From Rhynchobatus australiae (lineage: Eukaryota), in assembly GCA_034780895.1 (NCBI GenBank), contig JAUZTB010000087.1, forward strand, positions 30,731,204 through 30,795,203: a stretch of 64,000 nt of DNA. The letters run 5' to 3'. Position 1 is the stretch's first letter. Each line of letters opens with the position of its first letter. Of this stretch, positions 51,825 to 64,000 are shown piece after piece. Both the position numbers and the translations under genes were made by a program. The notes under the pieces are model-generated. The model made no database searches. It saw nothing but the letters and a program-made list of their open reading frames with translations, and was not told the origin of the DNA.

Positions 51825-53820
51825 GGCATTTCTGGCATGGCTAGTATTCATCACCCATACCTAATTGCCCTTGAGAACACGGTCTTGAGTCATCTTCTTG
51901 AGCCATTGCAGTTGGACAGGTGAAGGTGCTCCCACACTGAAGTTCTAAGATTTTGGCCCCATGATAATGAAGCAATGATGATTTGCCTTTCTGTATCAGG
52001 GTGGTGTGCATCTTGGAGGGAAACATGCAAGTGGAGGAATTCCAACGTACCTGGTGCCCTTGTCCATCTTAGTGGTAGAGGTTATTTGTTTGATTAGTGT
52101 TGTGAGAATAGATGAAGTGAGTAACCAGTGCATTTTAAAGGTGGTACACAGGGTAGCCACGGTGCACTAGTGATGGATGGAATTAGTACTTGGAGTGGTA
52201 CACGGGATGCTAATCAAGTGGGTGCATTGTCATAGAGTGGTACAGCATAGAAACAGGCCCTTTAACCACCATATCCGTGCCAACCTTTTTTGCTCATCTA
52301 CACTAATGTCATTTTCCCACATTAGGTCCATATCCTTCTATTGCTTTGCCTATTCAAGTGCTTGTCTAGGTGTCCCCTAAATGTAGTGATTGCATCTAAT
52401 TCCACCACCTGCTCTGAANNNNNNNNNNNCCCTGTGTGAAAAGAAAACTTTCCCCTCAAATACCCTTAAAACTCCTCCTTCTCACCTTAACCCTATGCTC
52501 TCTTGTTTTTGATACCCCTACCATTGGGTAAAGGATTCTAACTATCTACCCTATCTATGCTACTTATCATTTTATATACCTCTGTCAGGTCACCACTCAT
52601 CCTCCTCCACTCCAGGGAAAACAAGCCAAGCCTATCAAATCTCTCCCCATAATTGAAGTCCTTCAATCCAGGCAACATCCTGGTGAATCTTCTCTGCATT
52701 CTCTCCAGTACAACCACATCCTTTCTATACAGCTGTGACCAGAACTGCACAAAATACTCCAAGTGCAGTTAAATTTGTGTTTTGTAATAATGTCCCAACT
52801 TTTACATTCTATGCCCAGGCCTGTGAAATCAAGCATGCTTTCTGCCACCTTCACCACCTTATTTACCTGTCTTGGCACTTTCAGGAATCTATAAACTTGA
52901 ACTCCCAAGGTCCTTCTATTCATCAATATTCCTTAGCACCCTGACATTTATTGTATATGTTCAATCCCTATTTGATTTCCCAAAATTTATCACCTCACAC
53001 TCGTTGGGATTAAATTTCATCTGCCAACACTCCACCCAACTTTCCACCTGATCTATATCCTGCTGTAGGCTTAGACAACTTTCCTACTAATCATACATTT
53101 ACATCCAAATTATTAACATATAGCGCAAACAACAAAGGTCCTAGCACTGATTCCTGTGGTATACCACTGGTCATGGGTGGTCCCAAATTGTGTCAATCTT
53201 TTTCGATGTTACTGGAGTTGCACTTATCCAGGCAAGTGAAGCATATTCCACCCTGTTATCATGATTTTTACATGGAGCAAAGGCTTTAAGATGTCAGGAG
53301 GTGAATCCCTCACCACAAGGTATTCAGACTCTTACTTGTTCTTGTAACCACAGTATGTATCTAGCTGGTCCCACTGAGTCAATGTTGAAGGCATGGCACT
53401 GATAATGCCATTGAATATTAAGGACAGGGACCTAGACTCTCTGTTGGAGATGCTTATTGCCTGGTACTCATGTAGCATGAATGATGCTTGCTACTTATTA
53501 GCCCATGCATGAATGATGTCCAGATTATATTACAGCGTGTGGGCTGCTTCATTTACAGAAGAGCTTTAAAAAGAACTGAACATTGTGCAACCATCAGTGA
53601 ACACTTCCCTCATTTAACTTAATATGGAAGGGTTGGTCATTGATGAATAGCTGTTACAGTTACATCCTGGGGCTGGGATAANNNNNNNNNNNNNNNNNNN
53701 NNCATCTTTTATGTAAAGCATGACTACCACAATGGAATATTTCTTCCCTTGATTTCCACTGATTTCAGTTCTACCTCCTTGATGCTCCTTTGATGTCACA
53801 GACAGTCACTCTCACCAAGG
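51825..53820 (-). mobile_element. Older LINE 3' remnant interrupted by a CR1 insertion
   Basis: 51825-52228 is the reverse complement of the family at 60285-60460. It resumes after 53174 (gttactggagttgcacttatccaggcaagtg). Confidence 0.6.
52229..53174 (-). mobile_element. 5'-truncated CR1 LINE
   Basis: EYFVQFWSQLYRKDVVVLERMQRRFTRMLPGLKDFNYGERFDRLGLFSLEWRRMSGDLTEVYKMI. The 3' tail is at 52231 (catagagtggtacagcatagaaacaggccc). GTCAT occurs at both ends. Confidence 0.88.
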
Positions 53821-56199
53821 TTGGGGAAATCATAGAGAGTGTACATCATTGGCGATTTGTAAACTTTTCTACATTTATACATGTTAAATCTATTAGAAAA
53901 ATTTTTGTTTTCATTAAAATGCCAAGATTTGAAGTCTAGCACTGTTGTTTCATTACACAAACCAAGATTGAGCATGGCTGCTTTCTAAAGGATCCAAGGG
54001 AAGCTCCTTGAGTTTCCAAACTCTTCAAGTATTCTAGGTTCTAGGCAAGAATTTAATACAGTATTTTGTTTGCAAATATGTGCAAACACTTTCATATTTT
54101 TCTTTTTCATAATATACTTTCAGAATTTGAACAACCTAAATAGTATTTGCCAAATCACTGCAAAGATGAATAAGTAAAGCAGGAGCCTAACATAAATGAG
54201 AGCAGGAAAAGTAACTCCTGAAAGATAAATATTCATAAAAGCTTCAGGAGTTGCAAGTTATCTAAATGAAGAATCATATCAGCCAGCAAGTCGAGCTCTG
54301 CCTAGTGATGGTGGCACTTCAAAACCAACCCTTTTGTTGTCCTTTATGATTGAAATTGTACAAGATGAAAGTAGGCAATGACAAGGAGATTATCAGGCCA
54401 AACTGATTATGCTGTCATCCATACCTCCAGGTTCTGGCACATGCGTGTGACAGTGATAGTGAGAAGCAGCGTGTATAGATCTGGGTCTGTATGGCATTAG
54501 TTGCAGATNNNNNNNNNNNNNNNNNNNNNNNNNNNNNNNNNNNNNNNNNAGAATAGTATCATCTGTGACAGTGAAAAATGTCTTTCTCCTTCACCTTTTC
54601 ACTGCTGCATTCTATCAGGCAGGCTGTATTGTTGTCCTTGAGAAAGGTTGCAAACACAATTCTCCAGATTCCAGCATCTGCAGAATATTTTGTGTCTCTG
54701 TTTCACACCTGCTCAGTTTTTCTTGGTAACAGGCAGCAAATGTGGTTGATGTGTGAATTTGCCCCTTGCTTATAGAGAAGGCTAGAAATTGTTCTCTGTT
54801 ATGTGCGTTAAATGTCTCATTTGGCAAAACTGATGATCAGGAGCAGATTTCAATGCGTTTATGTTACTACACCCAAAATTTAGTGAAAACAAAGGATAAA
54901 TTTATACCTCTCAAATGTTTTGCAAAGACAGAAAAATGGAATCAGTAGGCTCTTAAGTGAATGGCCAGCGTAGAACCCACATTCCCAGCTTAGTATCTGG
55001 CAAATTACTAATGCAGGAGTTAGCTTGCAAGTCTGGAGGCAAATGATTTATCCATTTGCCAGCCGTTCTTACCCTGAGATGTCACTAGGAAAAGTTGAAA
55101 TCCATTTATAGTATTGGATAACAAAACTTGTGTTTCCACATGTAAAAACACTGTTTTGTAACATCTTCCTTTAGTTTTCCCAATTCATTAGCAAGATTCC
55201 AAAATGTGAACAAATTTTAAGCCAGTGGTTTGNNNNNNNNNNNNNNNNNNNNNNNNNNNNNNNNNNNNNNNNNNNNNNNNNNNNNNNNNNNNNNNNNNNN
55301 NNNNNNNNNNNNNNNNNNNNNNNNNNNNNNNNGGTTTGGCAGAATATTTGATCAGGCAAAAAAAAAACACATTGAAAACAATTTGCACAAAGGTTGACCC
55401 TCCACTGATTAATGCCAATTTTTAAAAACTCATCACAAATCTGTGGTGAAAAGATAAATGAAACCGTTGAAAAAAATACTTTATGAATAAATGGGGTCTG
55501 CACACCATCTGCCAGATGACAACTTAGAATCTCCATGCATTCATTTTGTAGGTACAAGAACATCAGTGTAAACTTGCATAATAATTGTGTAGGAGTGAAC
55601 AGTCTGCTTCAGTTTGTAATACAGTGGTTTTGTTTTGAAGCAAAAACTGTTTACTGTTGCTGACATCACACTGACTATTGCATCCTTGAACTCAAAGGCC
55701 CTGTAAATATTTAACTCAATTTTATTTCCAGGGTTCCCATGTTACTACTAAATAAACAGTTTGAATTCCACCAAGCAATAAAAAGATGACCACTTTTCAG
55801 GTAGTGTTCGAATTTCAGAAGAAAAAAGAGAAATGTTGTCCTAGAATAAATATTATGGATACAATGATTAAAAAAACACTTCTGAATTAACTTTGTTTGA
55901 GAGAAAAATTGAAAGACAGTGCCTGGATTTTGCAATTGTAATGACAGCAAAACTATCATGCATCACTGCCTTTGGCAATAACCTCAGGATTTCTATTTCA
56001 TTTTACTTATGTTCTTATTTTTTGTGTTATCATAAAAAAAATAAGAGGCAATATAAAAAGAGTTTAGGAAAGAAGTCAAAGAAAAAAGGAGAGCTGAAAG
56101 GAAATATGAAGTTAAATTATCAAAGAATATAAACAAAATAGTAAAATATTTTACAGACCTATCAATAAAATGCAATGGAATGTAAATAGGGCTACTGAT

Positions 56200-57775
56200 A
56201 GACAGACAGGGCAATACCATGGATAACAAGAGAAAGATAGCAGAAATAGTAACTCATTATTTTGCTTTGTTATTTACCAGGGAGATAAAATGGTGGAGTT
56301 GTTGGATAATGAGAGGAGTAATAAAATTAGTGTAATTAAAATTGAAGTGTGATATCTTAAATAAGCNNNNNNNNNNNNNNNNNNNNNNNNNNNNNNNNNN
56401 NNNNNNNNNNNNNNNNNNNNNNNNNNNNNNGAATCTAAGTAAGGAATAGCAGAGGTATAACTAAATATGCTTCATAATTTGTTCTAAAAATAAGCGCTAG
56501 AAGACTGTCAGACAACTGATGTATTACCAGTGTTTAACAAGGGGCATGCAACATGCCCAGGGAATTAGACCAATCAACTTTATTTATTTTGTAATTTATA
56601 GTAATCTTATGTCTTTGCGCTGTACTGCAAAACAACAAATTTCATGTCATGCAAGTCAGTAATAATAAACCTGATTCTGATAATCTCTACTAGAGAACAG
56701 GAGAACATCTAGAAATAGTAAGTATAATACTGAATAATCAACATGGATTATAAAATAAAATATGACCATATTTATTGATTTTTGAGCAATGAACAGAGAG
56801 ACTAAGCAATCGTAATGCAGCTTTTGTCAAAAGACCTCCAATAATGTATCCCTTAATTAATGAACAAGGAACTGCAGGCACCACTGCAGTTCACAGTTTT
56901 TGTTACTAGTTTAGACTCCAGAATCAAAAACATAATTTCTAAATTTGTAGATAATACCAAATTGGGGGTGGGGGAGATAATACTGAGATGAACTACAATA
57001 AATTACAAGAGGATATTAACAAATAGACATAATTGGCAAATGAAGTTCAATGTTGACATATATGAGGTAATGCATATTGGTGAGAAGAATCGAGGCCACC
57101 TTTATTTGGAAGATACAAGTCTAGGGGGTTGGGTTGGGTGGGGGGGGGGGGGGAACAGCATCAAAGGGAACCGCACAAATGCACCAGTCACTAAAAGTTG
57201 CACCATAGATTAGCAAGGCACCAAGACAGCATATTAAACACAAGGGGTTTATTTCTAAAGGGATAGAATTTAAAAGGGAAGTTATTGCAAAACACATTGA
57301 ACCTTAGTTGACTTGCATTTGAAATACTTCACACCATCTAATAAAAAAGATATGGAACCAATGGAGAGGGTTCAGAGAAGACTTTCAAGGATAATATCAA
57401 AATAGGAGGTACGCACATCAGGAAAGAATGAAGCAACTGATTCTTATGTAGTGGAAACAAAGAGAATGCTTCTACTTGTGGGGAACAGCATAAGTAGTAG
57501 GCAGCCATGTAAGATAATCACCAACGAATATGATGCAGAATTCAAAAGACACTTCTTTACACAAAAAGTGGTGAGTGTGTGTAACTCACTGCCATAGCAA
57601 CTGATTGAAACAGATAACACAAGGGGAGGCTAGACAAACACATGAAGGACAAGGGTTACACCCTTAGATTTAGATGAGAAGAGATGAAGGGAAGTGTGTG
57701 CAACAAACACCAGCATGGACCAGTTGGACAGAATGACCCATATCTGTTCTGTATGCCCTATGAAGTTCTATGTAA
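56200..57775 (+). mobile_element. Highly decayed CR1 LINE, with a short LINE tail inserted at ~56580-56680
   Basis: CR1 landmarks in order: tattttgctttgttatttacc, aaatttgtagataataccaaattggg (KFADDTKLG-like), tggcaaatgaagttcaatg (WQMKFN), ttctttacacaaaaagtggtg, and the tail tctgttctgtatgccctatgaagttctatg. Confidence 0.72.
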
Positions 57776-58537
57776 TATTCAGAATTTCAAAGTGTAAAAA
57801 GTGAAGAGTGTGATTCAATGATTTCAACTAGATTTTTCAGACATTGGGAGTTCAAGTCACTGCTAATTTACCTGAAATAACTACCTTGACCTTGAGGTCT
57901 CCTTCAGAAGAATTAGCCTGTGATTATCCTTGGTATATTTCCATTGTGGTTATTGGCTATCTGCTTCGTGATAGACCACATGTATGCAATTTTACGGCAG
58001 AATAATGCTGGATATTACGCAATATCATGCTTTCTTTCCTCACAAAATAACACTTCCAATGACATATTATTGGCAATGTCATCTTGGACCCACGTGTATA
58101 GATGGGAAAAATATGTTTTCTTAATCAGTTCAGAGGATTGTTTGGAACTTGTGAAACACTTGCTGTGTTAGCATCACTCGTTCTGATTGGGTAAGTTTGG
58201 AATTTTATTGCTTTTGTATTGCATGATAATTAACATTACTCTGTCAGAAGCTAGAAATCAACCGTTGTTGAAAGGCTTAGGAACACTCGCAAAACTTTGG
58301 ATTTGATTTACAATATTTAATGTTTTGTACTATTTTGTATTTTCAACATATCTACTTTACATAAAAATATTTGCTGCTTGGTATATTTTGTCAGGTATCT
58401 CAATAGTCCAAATTCATTACATAAACCACTATTAATCACTGTACATAGTTCTTGCAATCATAGTACTGTTTGCTCTGGGACTCGATCTTAACTCAAGTGT
58501 CGGGCCTAACATGTTCAGTATTTTTCCCCACACCTTT

Positions 58538-58810
58538 GGGCAGCACAGTGGCGCAGCTAGTAAAACTGCAGCCACACTCTTTCAGCGACCTGGGTTCAAT
58601 CCTGATCTTTGGTGGAGTTTGCATATTCTCCCTGTGACTGCGTGTGTTTCCTGCAGTTTCTCCAGTTTCCTCCCACATCCCAAAAATGTGCAGGTGGGTC
58701 AGCTAATCGATGACAGTAAATTGCCCCTAGTGTGCAGATCAGTGGTAGAATTTAGGGGGGAGTTGATGGGAATGTGGGGAGGATAAAATAGGTTGGGGTT
58801 GGATTAGTAA
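58538..58810 (+). mobile_element. HE1-like tRNA-derived V-SINE
   Basis: A-box-like agtggcgcagctagt, B-box-like gggttcaatcc, and central domain tggagtttgcatattctccctgtgactgcgtgtgtttcc...ctccagtttcctcccacatcccaaaa. Confidence 0.82.
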
Positions 58811-60284
58811 TCAGCATCATCATGTTTTTCATCTAGATTCTAGCATCTGCAGTCCTTTGTTTCTCCTGANNNNNNNNNNNNNNNNNNNNNNNNNNNNNNN
58901 NNNNNNNNNNNNNNNNNNNNNNNNNNNNNNNNNNNNNNNNNNNNNNNNNNNNNNNNNNNNNNNNNNNNNNNNNNNNNNNNNNNNNNNNNNNNNNNNNNNN
59001 NNNNNNNNNNNNNNNNNNNNNNNNNNNNNNNNNNNNNNNNNNNNNNNNNNNNNNNNNNNNNNNNNNNNNNNNNNNNNNNNNNNNNNNNNNNNNNNNNNNN
59101 NNNNNNNNNNNNNNNNNNNNNNNNNNNNNNNNNNNNNNNNNNNNNNNNNNNNNNNNNNNNNNNNNNNNNNNNNNNNNNNNNNNNNNNNNNNNNNNNNNNN
59201 NNNNNNNNNNNNNNNNNNNNNNNNNNNNNNNNNNNNNNNNNNNNNNNNNNNNNNNNNNNNNNNNNNNNNNNNNNNNNNNNNNNNNNNNNNNNNNNNNNNN
59301 NNNNNNNNNNNNNNNNNNNNNNNNNNNNNNNNNNNNNNNNNNNNNNNNNNNNNNNNNNNNNNNNNNNNNNNNNNNNNNNNNNNNNNNNNNNNNNNNNNNN
59401 NNNNNNNNNNNNNNNNNNNNNNNNNNNNNNNNNNNNNNNNNNNNNNNNNNNNNNNNNNNNNNNNNNNNNNNNNNNNNNNNNNNNNNNNNNNNNNNNNNNN
59501 NNNNNNNCCTGAGAATGAGGGCAGGGCTTCTTGTAGGCAGGACTTCACATAGTTATATCTCCATCCCCGTGGACAGATCTTCTGACAGACCACTTGTATT
59601 TATCTCTGAGGCTTAAAGTGCTGACGGACTTTGGAATCAAATATTGTTTGAACAATTGACACACATGGCCATTAATCTCCAGGCATGCCCTATGCCATTC
59701 AGCAGAGGATCTCACTGCACTGCTGACATCCCCAAAGAGTTGAGCTGGCCAGTCCCAGCACTCAGGGCTGGTAGTGGCAGATGACCCCTCCTACCAGTCC
59801 AGGCATCACCGATAATGAGTTAGTGCAGCAAGTCTGCTGAATGCAGGAGGCAATCAGTTTCTTGTAAGGTACAAGTACAGGCCCCACACTGGGTGAGGCC
59901 AAGCCCTCCGGTCATACAAGTCCAGGAGTAATGTTGGTTTTGTGGACAATGTGAGCATGAGCATTCAAGCAGGGAGTATTAGGGGTATAGGTTTACAGTC
60001 AAGAAAGTACCACAGCATGATAAAGCTCCAATATAACAATAATAATACAGAAACCCAGGTCCTCCTGCCTTTTGTCTTAGCCACAGCCTCGCTCTACAAC
60101 TGTAATCCTGGTCACCATGTGGTATAGAGCATCTAAGTTTGGTGAGAACTGCATTGGTGATATGACCAGATGCTCCAAGCCTTTTTGTTGCTTACTTAAC
60201 AATATTGGCATTCCTATAAGACATCCGATTTTAAATTGGATGCAGGATATCCCATTCAACATTCTCTTGCCTCGAAAATATATT

Positions 60285-60460
60285 GTCATGCCTTCATCAT
60301 AGCTGGATCTAAATCCTGGAATTTACTCCCGAATTCCACTGTGGGAGTATTTTCACTGGAAGGAATCCAACAGTTCAACAAGGCGGCTCACCACCACCTG
60401 CCTGGGGACAATAGGAATGGGCAATAAATACCGGTCTTGGCAGCACTGCCCATTCCTATT
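60285..60460 (+). mobile_element. LINE ORF2 C-terminus and 3' end remnant
   Basis: AFIIAGSKSWNLLPNSTVGVFSLEGIQQFNKAAHHHL carries the WN.LP motif of CR1/L2-group ORF2 ends. Reverse-homologous to 51825-52000. Confidence 0.65.
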
Positions 60461-62041
60461 GTGCCCATAACAGAATAAACCAAAAGGAATTCATGGGTAT
60501 CCATGAAAGCAGATTTGAATCCTATGTGAATAAGGGAAGTTGCATATGTTTAATGACCTACATTAATGTTTTAATTATTAAAAGTAATTTTAAATATTTA
60601 AAACCAATATTATTTATTTTTGATATCTTTTTTCATGTTTCTAACTATCCTGAGCTTTTGGAAGGTTAGAAAAACAGTTAATGGTTTTCAAAGGTGGCAA
60701 AGCAAGGCGATTGGCTTTGCCATCAATCAAAGGTGTCCAAGGGCAGCACCCATCACTCATGTGAGCATGGATTCCTGCATGACCCCCTGTTGCTAATCTG
60801 CATTTACCTTTCAGCCAGTATAGCTTTCTAGTTATGAATCAGCTAACTGTGAGAGAGAATATTTAGGAGCTTTGTAATTTGTTTTTCTAAGTTATCATAA
60901 AATATCTTTAGTATCCTACATGCTTAATCATTTTAAAATCAGTCTGTCTGTCTTCTACATTTCAGCTGAGTGACATATTTTGAGTTTCTTTTTAAACCAC
61001 TGAAGCAAGATAAGAGTCTGAATGAATAATTTGTAATTATGCATGAGGTATGATTATCCCTGTTTTGCATATTAAAGAAAACCTTATNNNNNNNNNNNNN
61101 NNNNNNNNNNNNNNNNNNNNNNNNNNNNNNNNNNNNNNNNNNNNNNNNNNNNNNNNNTGCACCTGACAGGCTGAGCTAGATGATGTTTTGATTGTCGCTC
61201 CCCTCTATGCCTTCCCCTGTAATCTTCGGTTGTGCTCCAAAGCCTGCAAATGAATGGGCACTTGGCATTTTCATGATAGACACTCCCATCAGTGCCAGGG
61301 TTTGGTAGCTCCAGGCTCAATAGGTGGATGGAGAGTTATGGGAAAATCGGAGCCCAGAGGATGGTTAGAGGTGCCAATGGGCTGAAGGATTGAGTGTTTT
61401 GCTGTGGTGGGTGGGTGGGTGGGGAAGGAAATCAGGGTCTGGGCCTTGGCCGTCAGGAGTCAGTGATTTGGTAAATCAGAAATGGATGCAAGGGTGTCAG
61501 TACAATGTTTGAGTGTGGGGGTGGGGGGAGAACTGAGGCATGAAACATAAATAATGACTTAACCAGCAGGCGTGGAGTGCATTGTTATGCTAGGAAGAGA
61601 TGGTGATCCCAGTGATTGTTGCTCCTGGGATAACGTGGTCCAAGTTCTTCTTTAGCGCTCCATAACAGGGAAAACAAATCTCCTTCCAATTCTTGTATTT
61701 CAAATCTAAAGCCACTGTTTTTTATTCCTTCTAACATGGGAAACATATGTTTCTAATGTACCCTTCCTGTGCCCCTCTTAACTTTATACATCTCAATGAA
61801 GTCTCACCTCAACCACCTCTGTTCCAAAGAAAATAAAGGATAATATGAGAAAAAGAACATTGGAGGATAACTCAGAATACAGAGAGGCTATTGGTTACAA
61901 CCAGCAATTTCCCTAAACCCAATGAGCAATGATTTTTTCAGCCAGGGACATGCAATGATGTTTGTGTGACTGGAAAATCAAAGTCTCTTTTGAATGTGGG
62001 CACTGGTTCTATTATGTGGTCTGTCTATTGCATTTTGATTG

Positions 62042-62190
62042 AAGTCAAGGTCAAAGTCAAATGTATCATCATATGCACAAGTATATGTATGCACAGGTGC
62101 AATGAGAAACTTACTTGCAGCAGCATTCACAAGAAAATTATACACAATCTTTGCAAGAAAGAACACAGAACAATAAAAAAATACCATTAA
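62042..62190 (-). mobile_element. LINE 3' tail remnant (Rex1-like, tentative)
   Basis: aagtcaaggtcaaagtcaa tandem tail followed by gcacaggtgcaatgagaaacttacttgcagcagca. Confidence 0.45.
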
Positions 62191-64000
62191 CTACCATTTT
62201 TTGGTGGATGACAGGTGTGAGGAATATGGACCTATGTTGGCCATCAATGAGAATTGGATGGTAGATCATACCAAATATTTTCAGATATGACTGTTCTAGT
62301 TGTATTTGCAAGACCCCAGAGTGAAAGTAGCTCCAGCAATATTCTCCACTGGTTTAAATGCATGGAGAAAAAAAATATTAGGATGAAATGGACACTACTT
62401 TTATCTACATTACTTTCTTGTTATTTTTGACGTATTGGTGATTAAACTATGCTAAAAATGAAATTATATTCCTTTATCTAAAATTCAAATTATTTACATA
62501 GCATGATATTTTTTTTCAACTGCACCTTGAAGGGTTAAATTTGTGGACCTCATCAGTAAAAATACTTCTTGTAATTGGTGCGAAGTAATATCATCAATTT
62601 CATTACGGAAAAAAGAAAACTTAATGAATACAGAACAAGTTGAACATTTAAGATATAGAGGATTATATGAAGATTTAAATTGCTGTGCCACTAATTAATG
62701 ATTAATGGACTGGTGTTAATAATATGCTGTGTTAACAGGTAACAAGCTAAGTAGGGATAGCCAAAAGTGACAAAGACTACAAGTTAAACAAACAAATAGC
62801 ATCCTCCTATAGGACAGATTAGGAAAGTAAGAAACAACTAAAGTAGCTGAATAACTGGCATGAGAAAAAGGAGGAAATAAAAAAAAGGGAAGAGAGTGTA
62901 TCATAAAATTCTTGCCCATCTCCTTGGAAATTAATACTTGCTTTGTTACTTGATATGTGCAGTGTTGACATTGTAATACTGACAACATTTGATTTCTGTT
63001 TTTACCTTTTGATATACATAATATCAAATTCTGAAGTGAAATTTCAAACTGATTCTGATTATTTCCTAAAATATGAAAATTGTTCTGGTGAGCATTTAAC
63101 TATTTCTAAACTGTTACCTGAAGCCAAAAGAAAGTTGCTTTTTATGCTAAATGGTAAATAGCTACTTAAAAGGCATAGAAGAGGACTGAGGTAACTTTGA
63201 TCAGTATTACGAGAGAACTCTGCCAGAGTCAGAGGACAGAAAATGGAAGTATAGAAGTGGGACAGTCCAAAATATAATTAGTTGTGAATTGCCACAGTGA
63301 AATGTTTATTTAGTACCAGAGCAGTTGGTAGGTGAGCAAAATGGAAGAAGAATGGAACTTTCATAGTTTGAAAACATTAGTTCACTGGGCAGGCAGCAGA
63401 GTTACACTACAAGGAACGGCGTGGGGCGGTGTGGAGTACATAANNNNNNNNNNNNNNNNNNNNNNNNNNNNNNNNNNNNNNNNNNNNNNNNNNNNNNNNN
63501 NNNNNNNNNNNNNNNNNNNNNNNNNNNNATTACAGGTAGCTGCAACAGAATTGTCCTGGTGAAATTGAGACATTGGAAGATCGTTTGAATTCATTCCAAT
63601 CACATCAGACTTCCTTGTTACATTGCTAGTTCCACTGTCAATTCTTGGTAATTTGTTATCCAGAGGGTAATGAATCTGTTTGTTGAGCTGTAGGTTAAGG
63701 CATGATGGTTGCATTCCATATCAAAGTCAATTTTCTGTACAAAATCTAATTAAGCATTATTATTTGGTAACCCAGGCATTAAATGCAATACACTTATGTC
63801 CAAATTTCTGTTTTTAACTGGTAAAAAGTGTTTCATTTATTCTGGCACAGCTGCTAGCACATGGTTTGATGGTGTGTGTTTTTTCCGATTGCCTGGTATT
63901 TGAGTCAGAGGGAGTGGAGTAGCAATACCATCTTCACCTCATCCCCTCCATTACCTATGTTGATTTTTCTTAAAAAGTGGTTGTGATCCAGGCTAACACT

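Noticed and set aside
57123-57153. G-rich run with G-quadruplex potential
   Set aside because: Low-complexity tract inside a decayed CR1, with no evidence of function.
1-64000. CRISPR arrays, operons, rRNA or tRNA genes
   Set aside because: No repeat-spacer periodicity or prokaryotic gene density. The tRNA-like boxes at 58545-58600 belong to a SINE head.

Overview
This is AT-rich vertebrate genomic DNA with many N gaps, most likely from a cartilaginous fish (inferred from HE1-like V-SINEs and the CR1/L2/Penelope repeat mix). It is not prokaryotic, and most ORFs in the track are spurious or decayed transposon pieces. The window holds the 5' part of a + strand neuregulin gene. A short Lys/Gly-rich ATG exon (37-115) and two Ig-domain exons (15379-15541, 19575-19693) splice in frame through canonical GT-AG sites, and the Ig domain looks NRG2-like. 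Downstream lies a large separate exon (~29106-29778) encoding a degenerate NRG1 type III-like cysteine-rich/transmembrane domain (CRD) and a Ser/Thr stalk, ending in a phase-1 donor. The main candidate novelty is an NRG2-like locus with a type III (CRD) alternative first exon, an isoform class I know only from NRG1. I found no EGF exon by eye, so it is probably beyond 64000 or in a gap. The rest is intron with decayed CR1, L2, Tx1-like, Rex1-like and Penelope-like elements, some with hammerhead-like cores. Family comparisons rely on remembered sequences, not database searches, and repeat boundaries are approximate.
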